From assembly GCA_902626605.1 (NCBI GenBank), contig CACOFZ010000005.1:9373-73372 (forward strand): a DNA stretch of 64,000 nt. Direction: 5' to 3'. Within the stretch, counting starts at the first letter, position 1. The number at the start of each line of letters is the position of its first letter. The position numbers and the translations under genes were made by a program. This DNA comes from an uncultured PS1 clade bacterium (GTDB lineage Bacteria; Pseudomonadota; Alphaproteobacteria; MED-G09). The notes under the pieces are model-generated. The model was not told where the DNA came from. It ran no database searches and worked only from the letters and a program-made list of their open reading frames with translations. Of this stretch, positions 37,440 to 45,555 are shown piece after piece.

Positions 37440-37826
37440 GTGAATAACAAAATAGATGATTGCATATTTTGTTCCATACCCAGAGACAGGATCATCTCAG
37501 AAAACGATCTTACATTCGCCATAAGAGATAACTATCCTGTTACGACGCTTCATTCTTTAATAATTCCAAAAAGACATGTTGCAGACTATTTTTCCTTAAC
37601 TAAAGATGAATTGCTCTCCTGCGATGCTTTGTTAAAAGAGATTAAAAACTCTATACAAGCCGAAGATGAGTCTGTGAAAGCTTTTAACGTTGGTATAAAT
37701 TCTGGGGAAACAGCGGGGCAGACAATATTTCATTGTCATATACATTTAATTCCCAGAAGGGTTGGTGATGTCAAGAATCCTAGGGGGGGGATAAGGCATC
37801 TCATACCAGGTAAGGGTGATTATTAG
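37440..37826 (+). CDS. HIT (histidine triad) family protein
   Basis: CIFC N-terminal motif, histidine triad HCHIHLIPRR, C-terminal PRGGIRHLIPGKG. GTG start 9 nt after the glmS stop. Confidence 0.85.
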   Translation: MNNKIDDCIFCSIPRDRIISENDLTFAIRDNYPVTTLHSLIIPKRHVADYFSLTKDELLSCDALLKEIKNSIQAEDESVKAFNVGINSGETAGQTIFHCHIHLIPRRVGDVKNPRGGIRHLIPGKGDY

Positions 37827-38828
37827 GTGACTGACTTCAAGGACGAAGATTATTGGCGATCAATAATTCTTTATGGGCTAAACCAAGCTACATACAAAAT
37901 TGCTCTAGGGAAAACTTTAGTTTCTCTCTCAGAAAAAAATATAAATCATGTTCCGTGGGATACGTTGTCACTAGAGTTCTTGGAACAGTATAAAAAAAGA
38001 TTAAATGTCGAAGAACCAATGCCTCAGCAAGCAAACCCTTCAAGAAGAACATTTATGGAAAGAGCAGTTAGGAAATTAGATCTAGGCACTACGGATATAG
38101 ACGAAACGATATTTAATGTAGGAAAAGAAGGCTTCAATGATGTAATAAGAAGATTCCATAACATAGCAAAATTTTCAGATTTTCAGGGCAAGTTCTACAC
38201 TTATGATTTTGGAAAATCAATAACGCTTACAGACAATCTCCATAATGTTGTTGAACAACACAACAAGGATATTTCTGCTGAGCTTGATTCAAGATGGGCT
38301 TTGTTAGAAGGGGCTTTTACAATAAAATCTGATAATTATGAGTTAGCAAATGATATTCTTGATACCTATGCGCTTAAGGGAGAAAGAAGAAAGGATTTAA
38401 CTCCCAATATTCCATTTTTACAGGGTTATCAGGGTAATAGTTGTTTTTACTGTGCTGAAAAGATTGAAGAAGGAGATTGCCATGTTGATCACGTATTGCC
38501 AAAAAAGGTGCTTCAACATAATCAAATATGGAATTTAGTATTAGCACACAGTTATTGTAATATGAGTAAATCTGATAAGGTTGTTGGAAACCACTTTATG
38601 GAAAAATTAATACAACGAAATGAGAACATCATGGGCAGCAATCATCCTTGGAAGCACAAAATATCATCAGATCTTGGAAGAACAAAAAAATTGAGAGCAT
38701 CGAATTTGCTGACACATTATGAGAACGTTAAAGTTGTGCTCGGTAAAAACTATTGGTTCGGGACAAGTTCGTATAACCCACAAAATGATGACTTTTATAA
38801 GAAATTGATCACAAGACTTAATAATTAA
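37827..38828 (+). CDS. HNH endonuclease with an unrecognised N-terminal domain of about 200 aa
   Basis: CFYCAEKIEEGDCHVDHVLPKKVLQHNQIWNLVLAHSYCNMSKSDK (CxxC, HxDH, N, CN..K). The GTG start directly abuts the HIT stop codon. Confidence 0.85.
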   Translation: MTDFKDEDYWRSIILYGLNQATYKIALGKTLVSLSEKNINHVPWDTLSLEFLEQYKKRLNVEEPMPQQANPSRRTFMERAVRKLDLGTTDIDETIFNVGKEGFNDVIRRFHNIAKFSDFQGKFYTYDFGKSITLTDNLHNVVEQHNKDISAELDSRWALLEGAFTIKSDNYELANDILDTYALKGERRKDLTPNIPFLQGYQGNSCFYCAEKIEEGDCHVDHVLPKKVLQHNQIWNLVLAHSYCNMSKSDKVVGNHFMEKLIQRNENIMGSNHPWKHKISSDLGRTKKLRASNLLTHYENVKVVLGKNYWFGTSSYNPQNDDFYKKLITRLNN

Positions 38829-38878
38829 TAATGAAGATAGCGATTGAACTGTTAGCAACCTTATTCACTTTTCTAAAA

Positions 38879-38920
38879 CACTCCGTTACGGTAGAGTAGT
38901 TTGTTATTTGTATTCGGTAA
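38879..38920 (+). repeat. Intergenic cassette-boundary element, copy 1 (core ACGGTAGAGTAG at 38888-38899)
   Basis: Shares the 11-nt core and flanking similarity (CACTCCGTTACGGTAGAGTAGTTT) with copies 2-4. Confidence 0.85.
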
Positions 38921-39029
38921 AACTTTTGAGGGAAATAATTTACTTGCAAGCACTAAAATAGGAATATCTAATGACTAATAGAATATGACTAATAATTTAT
39001 TTTGGGCTATCTTAAAAAAAGGATTAAAA

Positions 39030-39383
39030 ATGAAAAAATTTACTATTTTTGTGTCTGCAATATTCGTCTTTTATTTTTTTATAAATCAAACAAATGCTGA
39101 AATAACTAGTAAAGAATTATTGTTAGATGTTTTTGATGGATGCGTCAATTCAGAAGAAACTGACAAAGATATAGCTAATAATACTATATCTGCAGGAAAT
39201 TTAATTTCTTATTGCGGATGTACGGTAAAAGAAATATCAAAATCAATGACGACAAAAGAACTTGCATCTCTTGGTATTGAAGTCATGAAATCAAAAACCA
39301 AGGAACAAGAAGATGAAATATTTTATGCTAATAAAAAATTTACATCTGCTGTAACAGAATGTATTGAGGAAATGTATGATTAA
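39030..39383 (+). CDS. Small exported Cys-containing protein (cassette ORF 1)
   Basis: Signal peptide MKKFTIFVSAIFVFYFFINQTNA from the ATG at 39030 (AGGA upstream). The track start at 38985 is less likely. Confidence 0.6.
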   Translation: MKKFTIFVSAIFVFYFFINQTNAEITSKELLLDVFDGCVNSEETDKDIANNTISAGNLISYCGCTVKEISKSMTTKELASLGIEVMKSKTKEQEDEIFYANKKFTSAVTECIEEMYD

Positions 39384-39485
39384 CCCAATACGAATTATAA
39401 ACAACTCAGTAACGGTAGAGTAGTTTATAACCGTTACTCAGTAATTTTTCTTCTCAAATCCTAAATTTCGACTTATTATAATTAG
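39381..39485 (+). repeat. Intergenic cassette-boundary element, copy 2 (core at 39412-39423), about 105 nt, with a 9-bp hairpin
   Basis: Left block TAACCCAATACGAATTATAAACAACTC and right block TTTCTTCTCAAATCCTAAATTTCGACTTATTATAAT both recur in copy 4. Stem AGTAACGGT (39408-39416) / ACCGTTACT (39430-39438). Confidence 0.9.
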
Positions 39486-39842
39486 ATGAAAAAATTACTT
39501 TTTATATTTTTAATAGCTTTCTTTTCAACTCCATCATTACTAGGCTCTGATACTATATCTCATTCAAGCTGGTTAATTTCTCAGAGTAATGGACATGAAA
39601 CTACTTTTTTTTTTAATCTAGATGGAACTTGTTCTTATTTTCAAAACACCTCTCCATCAGGAAATGAAAAAGCTATCTTTGATGAATGCACATGGATTCA
39701 AAATGACAAGTTATTATTTTTTGAAACAACTAATCACTTTGCTATTTTTGTTGGATTTATAAAAGATAATAAAATTATTGGTTCATCCTTTTCAAATTAT
39801 TATGACTCACCTCATACTTTCGAAGGTATAAAAATAAATTGA
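39486..39842 (+). CDS. Small exported protein (cassette ORF 2)
   Basis: Signal peptide MKKLLFIFLIAFFSTPSLLG; no motif recognised. Confidence 0.6.
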   Translation: MKKLLFIFLIAFFSTPSLLGSDTISHSSWLISQSNGHETTFFFNLDGTCSYFQNTSPSGNEKAIFDECTWIQNDKLLFFETTNHFAIFVGFIKDNKIIGSSFSNYYDSPHTFEGIKIN

Positions 39843-39851
39843 ATGAAAAAA

Positions 39852-39885
39852 TTCGGTTACGGTAGAGTAATTTATAACCGTCATT
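39852..39885 (+). repeat. Intergenic cassette-boundary element, copy 3 (core ACGGTAGAGTAA at 39859-39870)
   Basis: TTCGGTTACGGTAGAGTAATTTATAACCGTCATT aligns with the centre of copy 2. Confidence 0.85.
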
Positions 39886-39935
39886 AACTTATAATTTATG
39901 CTATCAAAATTTAATTTTTAATTTATTTTAACCAG

Positions 39936-40307
39936 ATGAAAAAAATAATTGTTGAAGGGTTTGATATTTCAAAACAAAATCTAAAGGGAATGTCTCCTGA
40001 GGAGTATATAATCTTAATGAAATTTCAAAAATTTGCCTGCCCATTAAGCGGAAAAAAATTTGAATACTCTAAACATCAACAAAAATTTATAGATATTGAA
40101 GGAAGACTTACACGACAACAAGCTCCACCCGTTGATCACGATCATAATACTGGATATATTAGAGGAATTTTAAGTGAAAAATTGAATTTATTATTAGATC
40201 AGTGGGAAAAAAATACTTATGGATATCTATCAAAACCACCTCAATTATCGAGATACCAAAACAATCCTCCCGCCTTTCAATGTATTGGTAAAATTATGTA
40301 TAAATGA
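39936..40307 (+). CDS. Endonuclease VII-like (HNH-related) protein lacking most zinc-ligand cysteines (cassette ORF 3)
   Basis: PPVDHDHNTGYIRGIL matches the VDHDH.TG.(V/I)RG(L/I)L core of the recombination endonuclease VII family. The expected flanking CxxC pairs read CPLS and SEKL. Confidence 0.6.
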   Translation: MKKIIVEGFDISKQNLKGMSPEEYIILMKFQKFACPLSGKKFEYSKHQQKFIDIEGRLTRQQAPPVDHDHNTGYIRGILSEKLNLLLDQWEKNTYGYLSKPPQLSRYQNNPPAFQCIGKIMYK

Positions 40308-40334
40308 TATTAAATTATTTATAAGTAATTTGAT

Positions 40335-40437
40335 TAACCAAATACGAATCATAAGCAACTCCTAAACGGTAGAGTAAATAAATAAATTGATTAAAAAATT
40401 TCTATTCATATCCTAAATTTAGATTTATCATAATATA
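40335..40437 (+). repeat. Intergenic cassette-boundary element, copy 4 (core at 40366-40377), running into the KAS III start codon
   Basis: Left and right blocks align with copy 2; the centre (second hairpin arm) is not conserved. Confidence 0.9.
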
Positions 40438-41568
40438 ATGGAAAATATTGTAATTAGCGGTACTGGTGTTTTTACACCAAATGAATCTATAACGAACAAA
40501 GAACTTGTTAAATCATATAATACTTATGCTAAAAATTTTAATTTAGAATTTAAAAGTGAAATAGAGTCAGGCAAAACACTTGCCTTAGAACTATCAAATG
40601 AGGAATTTATTTTTAATGCCTCAGGTATTAAAAATAGATATGTAATGGATAAGAAGGGTATTCTTAATCCAAAGATAATGCATCCAATTTTAGATAAAAG
40701 AAGTAATGATGAGCCATCAATTCTTGCTGAAATGTCATTAAAAGCCTCTAAACAAGCTCTAGATGAAGCGGGCAAGACCCCTGAAGAAATTGATGCTGTT
40801 ATAACAGCGTGTTCAAACCTTGAAAGAGCATATCCTGCTATATCAATAGAGGTGCAAGATTTATTAGGTATTAAAGGATTTGCTTTTGATATGAATGTTG
40901 CATGCTCATCTGCTACATTTGCCATTCAAGCAGCAGCTGATATGATCCGATCAGGAAGCGCAAATACTATTTTAATAGTAGATCCAGAAATTTGTTCGGG
41001 CCATTTAGACTTTAAAGATCGTGACTGTCATTTTATTTTTGGTGACGTATGCACGGCGATGATTCTTGAGAAGAGGGATACAGCTAATTCAAATAATTGC
41101 TTTGAAATAATTTCGACCAAATGCATAACGCAATTTTCTAATAACATAAGAAATAATTTTGGTTTTCTTAATAATGCAAAAAAATCTTCTCCATTGGATA
41201 GAGATTTATTATTTATGCAGGAGGGTAGAAAGGTTTTTAAAGAGGTTGTTCCAATGGTAAGCCAATTAATAATTGACCATCTTAATGAAGAAAAAATTGA
41301 AATTGAGGAAATTAAGAGATTATGGCTTCATCAAGCAAATAAGAGTATGAATGATTTTATTGGAAAAAAAGTTTTAGGTCGGGTTCCAAAAGAAGATGAA
41401 CAGCCTAATATATTGCAAGATTATGCAAACACGTCTTCAGCAGGTTCCATAGTAGCTTTTTCTTTATATAGTCAGGATATGAAAAGCAATGAAGTAGGTG
41501 TTTTATGTTCTTTTGGAGCAGGATATTCAGCTGGAAGCATAATTCTTAAAAAATTGAAAAAAACGTAG
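40438..41568 (+). CDS. Beta-ketoacyl-ACP synthase III family protein (long FabH-like form)
   Basis: Cys-His-Asn triad contexts NVACSSATFAI, WLHQANKSMN and ANTSSAGSI. Confidence 0.88.
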   Translation: MENIVISGTGVFTPNESITNKELVKSYNTYAKNFNLEFKSEIESGKTLALELSNEEFIFNASGIKNRYVMDKKGILNPKIMHPILDKRSNDEPSILAEMSLKASKQALDEAGKTPEEIDAVITACSNLERAYPAISIEVQDLLGIKGFAFDMNVACSSATFAIQAAADMIRSGSANTILIVDPEICSGHLDFKDRDCHFIFGDVCTAMILEKRDTANSNNCFEIISTKCITQFSNNIRNNFGFLNNAKKSSPLDRDLLFMQEGRKVFKEVVPMVSQLIIDHLNEEKIEIEEIKRLWLHQANKSMNDFIGKKVLGRVPKEDEQPNILQDYANTSSAGSIVAFSLYSQDMKSNEVGVLCSFGAGYSAGSIILKKLKKT

Positions 41569-41632
41569 TTAAATAATTGATAAAATTAATATTACCTATA
41601 TTGTTAATAATAATTAATTAGAGGTAAAATTA

Positions 41633-42163
41633 ATGAAACTTAAAAATATAATTCTGTGTTTAATGTTATTTTTTACAACAAATTTAATTGCTGAAGATAA
41701 CTCGATTGGTGATGTAAATTTAGGCAAAACTGAACAAAGTAAAGCATTTATTCAAATGAAAAGGATGCTAGGCGAGTGGAACGGCAAGCTTTATCAAGAA
41801 TCTGGAGCTGTTGTAGAGACTTATTCAAAGTTCCGTCTCGTATCAAATGGAAATTCTATTGTCGAAACCCTAATTGAAGATGGAGTAGAAATGATGACTA
41901 CTTATTCTGATAAAGATGGAGAGTTAGTTATAAAACATTACTGCGCGCTAGGAACAGAGCCGATGTTCGTTGTTTCATCTTTAGATGAAAATTCTATTCA
42001 ACTCATGTCTGATCCATCACCAGGTTATCATCCAGACAAACACAATTTTGTTAAAACAATGGGGTGGACATTTACTGATAATGACGCCGTGAGAGTTGAT
42101 GCAACTTTACATATTGATGGTGAGTTACAGACTCAATACTCAATAATCGAACGAGTAAATTAA
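41633..42163 (+). CDS. Exported hypothetical protein
   Basis: Signal peptide ending NLIAEDN; no motif recognised. Confidence 0.55.
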   Translation: MKLKNIILCLMLFFTTNLIAEDNSIGDVNLGKTEQSKAFIQMKRMLGEWNGKLYQESGAVVETYSKFRLVSNGNSIVETLIEDGVEMMTTYSDKDGELVIKHYCALGTEPMFVVSSLDENSIQLMSDPSPGYHPDKHNFVKTMGWTFTDNDAVRVDATLHIDGELQTQYSIIERVN

Positions 42164-42222
42164 AAAAATAATTTTCTCGAGCAAATATTGTTTTTTTGGT
42201 TAATTAAATTTTATAAATTAGT

Positions 42223-43284
42223 ATGAGATTTTTATTTCTATTACTACTATTTTTTTCTTTTAATGTTTATGGCAATAGCCAAAACTATATTTTTGGTTGG
42301 ACACAATTAAACAATCCAGATCTTTTTTCTCCTAGAGGTGGGACATCAACTGGACCTGATGTTGATTTAGAAAAAGCCCCTAATCCTTTTTGGCTGAAGT
42401 TACAAAATACAAATTTAAATAAATTTGAGAGAGATAGACTGGCTATTCTGGCAATGCAGGGTGAATATAAAGTTAATTTTGATTTTATGGAGACTATGGG
42501 TTTTGTTGAAAATTATATTCCTCAAAAACCATATCAATCCTGGGGTACAGAATTTGTAACTGTTATTAAAGACGAAAATGATTTTATTAGTCTTCAGCAT
42601 ATTATGGTTATGTTTTTTGAGGAAGAGGATGGAAGTATTTCTGATCCTATTGTTGTAAAGCATTGGAGACAAGATTGGAAGTATGAGGATAAATCAATAA
42701 ATACTTATATTGGTGATGATACCTGGGAAAAAAATAGTATTCCTATGGATAAAAGAAAAGGAACATGGTCTCAGTTTGTTTATCAGGTTGATGACTCACC
42801 TAGATACGAGGGTTTTGGAAAATGGAAACATTTTTCAAACTCATCAATATGGTCAAGTTATGAAACGTCAAGACCTCTTCCTAGAAGAGAAAAGACAATA
42901 AGAAATGATTACGACTTTATAAGAGGCACTAATATTCACACTATTACTCCAAATGGATGGGTTCATGAGCAAAATAATAGTAAAGTAACTAAAAAGAATT
43001 TTATTTTAGCAAGAGAAATTGGTCTAGCAAGATATCAAAGAATTAAGAATTTTGATTGGTCAGCTGGAGAAATTTATTGGAAAAAGACTGAGGAATTTTG
43101 GCGAGAGGTCAGAGAAGTCTGGACTAGAGAAATTGAAAATTCAAAAAAGATTAAAGTTAGTCAAAATACTAATGATGATATTTTATTTATAAGATTATTT
43201 GAATTGGCTGAGGAATATAAGAATGGAAACCTTCAATCTTTGAGCAAGATAGATGCAATAATTAACGAACACATTTATAAGTGA
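42223..43284 (+). CDS. Exported hypothetical protein (Trp-rich)
   Basis: Signal peptide; long ORF; no motif recognised. Confidence 0.55.
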   Translation: MRFLFLLLLFFSFNVYGNSQNYIFGWTQLNNPDLFSPRGGTSTGPDVDLEKAPNPFWLKLQNTNLNKFERDRLAILAMQGEYKVNFDFMETMGFVENYIPQKPYQSWGTEFVTVIKDENDFISLQHIMVMFFEEEDGSISDPIVVKHWRQDWKYEDKSINTYIGDDTWEKNSIPMDKRKGTWSQFVYQVDDSPRYEGFGKWKHFSNSSIWSSYETSRPLPRREKTIRNDYDFIRGTNIHTITPNGWVHEQNNSKVTKKNFILAREIGLARYQRIKNFDWSAGEIYWKKTEEFWREVREVWTREIENSKKIKVSQNTNDDILFIRLFELAEEYKNGNLQSLSKIDAIINEHIYK

Positions 43285-43291
43285 TTTTTAT

Positions 43292-44356
43292 ATGAGGAAT
43301 ATGAAATTTTTAAAATTCTTTTTTATTTTCTTATTCGTTTTTTTTATTTTTTTATTTTTTTTATTTCAGTCTAATAATTTTCAAAACTCGATAGTAAAAT
43401 TAGGAATTAAAAATTTAGTCCTACCAAGTTCTATTTTTCCAGAATATGACGCACTATCAGCACTTGTATGTGGATCAAAATCACCTCTTGCTCATCCTAC
43501 AAGGGCCGAAACCTGTATTTTAATAAAAGCAGGGGACAAATATTTTATTTTTGATGTTGGCGATAAAAGCGTAAGTAATTTAATGAATTGGAGGATTCCA
43601 TTAGATAAGCTTGAGTATGTATTTATTTCTCATCTACATATTGATCATTATTCGGATATTGAAGATCTCCATATGTGGAGTTGGGTTGGCATGAATAGAG
43701 ATTCAAAGCTAATGGTTTATGGTCCAGATGGTATTAAAGAGGTTTTAGGAAAGATAGAGGATGCATCGCAAATTGATTATAGATACAGAAATGAGCACCA
43801 TGGGGACAATTTTGCTCCACTGGATATTGCAGGCTTTGATGCTAAAATTATTCAGGAATTTAATGTTCCTATTTATGATAAAGATCAAATTAAAATTTCA
43901 GCTTTTCCAGTCAATCATCATCCAATAGATCCTTCTCTAGGTTTTAAGATAGAGTATAAAAATAGAAGCATAGTCATTAGTGGTGATACTATTTATTCTG
44001 AAAATGTTTTAAAGGCGTCAAAAAATGTCGATGTTCTATTTCATGAGGCAATGTCAACGGAAATTTTAAATATGCTTTATGAAGTATTACCAACTGATAG
44101 TCTCAGTAGAGTTGGGATCAAAGACGTACAAAATTACCATACAGAGGCAATTGACGCTGCAAGGTTAGCAAAAAAAGCAAATGTTCAACATTTGATATTA
44201 TATCATCTTCTTCCAGCACCGAGAAATTACTTATTGGAAAATATTTTTGTCAGGGGTTTAAAAGAAGAATTTAAAAATTTTACATTATCGAATGATGGAA
44301 CTATTGTTTTTTTACCAACTAATTCGAAAGAAATAATAGTTAGAGAAATTAAATAA
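43292..44356 (+). CDS. MBL-fold metallo-hydrolase with an N-terminal TM/signal segment
   Basis: SHLHIDHYSD (HxHxDH) and a later LYHL motif. Confidence 0.8.
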   Translation: MRNMKFLKFFFIFLFVFFIFLFFLFQSNNFQNSIVKLGIKNLVLPSSIFPEYDALSALVCGSKSPLAHPTRAETCILIKAGDKYFIFDVGDKSVSNLMNWRIPLDKLEYVFISHLHIDHYSDIEDLHMWSWVGMNRDSKLMVYGPDGIKEVLGKIEDASQIDYRYRNEHHGDNFAPLDIAGFDAKIIQEFNVPIYDKDQIKISAFPVNHHPIDPSLGFKIEYKNRSIVISGDTIYSENVLKASKNVDVLFHEAMSTEILNMLYEVLPTDSLSRVGIKDVQNYHTEAIDAARLAKKANVQHLILYHLLPAPRNYLLENIFVRGLKEEFKNFTLSNDGTIVFLPTNSKEIIVREIK

Positions 44357-44977
44357 ATGGGAATTTATGAAAAATATATATTACCAAGGTTTTTAAATTG
44401 CGCCTGCTCTTCAAAACAAATTACTCATCAAAGAAAAAAAGTTACTCCATTAGCTGAAGGTAAAATTTTGGAAGTTGGAATTGGCTCAGGTTTAAATTTA
44501 CCATTCTATAATAAGTCAAAAATAACTGAACTTTGGGGAATTGATCCATCCAAAGAACTTAATATTATGGCTAAAAATGTTGCAAAGAGAGAGGAATTGA
44601 ACGTTAACTTTATAACCTCAAGTGCAGAAGAAATTCCTTTACCTGATAATTATTTTGATACTGTTTTGATCACTTATACAATGTGTACTATTCCTGAGGT
44701 AATAAAAGCAAATAATGAAATAAGAAGAGTTTTAAAGAGTGATGGAAAATTGATCTTTTGTGAACATGGACTATCACCTGATCAAAATATAAAAAAATGG
44801 CAAAATAGAATTAATAAGTTCTGGTCTAAAATTGCTGGCGGATGTAATATTAATAGAAATATTCCTGAGTTGATAAAAAAATCAGGATTTAGGGTGGTAG
44901 AAATAGAAGAAATGTATATTCCAAAAACACCAAAGATCGCAGGATATAATTACTGGGGATATGCTATTTCTAATTAA
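44357..44977 (+). CDS. Class I SAM-dependent methyltransferase
   Basis: ILEVGIGSGLN motif I. The start abuts the upstream stop. Confidence 0.85.
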   Translation: MGIYEKYILPRFLNCACSSKQITHQRKKVTPLAEGKILEVGIGSGLNLPFYNKSKITELWGIDPSKELNIMAKNVAKREELNVNFITSSAEEIPLPDNYFDTVLITYTMCTIPEVIKANNEIRRVLKSDGKLIFCEHGLSPDQNIKKWQNRINKFWSKIAGGCNINRNIPELIKKSGFRVVEIEEMYIPKTPKIAGYNYWGYAISN

Positions 44978-45034
44978 GAAGTTATAAAATTAATTAAAAA
45001 TTTGATTTAAACTAATTACTAGATATTATTATTT

Positions 45035-45442
45035 ATGGATTTTAAATTTACAAAAATTATTAAAGGCCTTCATTGGACTACAGTAACTAGCGAAAGAGTT
45101 CTTCTTGCAATCATAGGAATTGCAACTTGTATCGCTGCGGCTCAATATATTTTTTCAATGTTTCTTGCGAAAAATATAATGCTAGCTGATCTTTTTTTAC
45201 TTTTTATTTACGCTGAAATAATTGGAATGGTTGGAGCTTTCTACAGCACCAATAGAATACCAGTTACTTTACCAATAATTATCGCGATTACAGCTCTTTG
45301 TCGTTTGATAATAATGCAAAGTAAAGAAATGGATGCTTTAATGTTATTAGGAGAGGCTGGAGCTATTTTAATCCTTTCAGCTGCAGCATATATTATGAGT
45401 TTAAAAGATAAGTTAAGTCTTGAGAAAAAAAAAGATAATTAA
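45035..45442 (+). CDS. PsiE-like (phosphate-starvation-inducible E family) membrane protein
   Basis: Four TM segments; pattern YAEIIGMV...ITALCRLII resembles E. coli PsiE YFEFIALIV...ITAIVRLII. Confidence 0.5.
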   Translation: MDFKFTKIIKGLHWTTVTSERVLLAIIGIATCIAAAQYIFSMFLAKNIMLADLFLLFIYAEIIGMVGAFYSTNRIPVTLPIIIAITALCRLIIMQSKEMDALMLLGEAGAILILSAAAYIMSLKDKLSLEKKKDN

Positions 45443-45555
45443 GGTATCATTCTATAACTCACAGTAAATAAATAAAAATTTTCACATTAATTTTTTCTTG
45501 AGATAATTCTATTTGTATTTAATATTTAACTATTAAAAAACTTTTCAGGAAAAAA

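Noticed and set aside
38879-40437. Interpreting the four repeats as integron attC sites or as a CRISPR array.
   Set aside because: I found no RYYYAAC / GTTRRRY boundary motifs and no intI-like gene in the window. The repeats are 447-524 nt apart with ORFs in between and differ in length, which is incompatible with CRISPR. I kept them as a novel cassette-boundary element instead.
37431-40437. Tn7-like transposon inserted at attTn7 downstream of glmS.
   Set aside because: No TnsABCDE-like, transposase or integrase ORFs are present, and I saw no terminal inverted repeats with multiple TnsB-type sites. Only the location matches.
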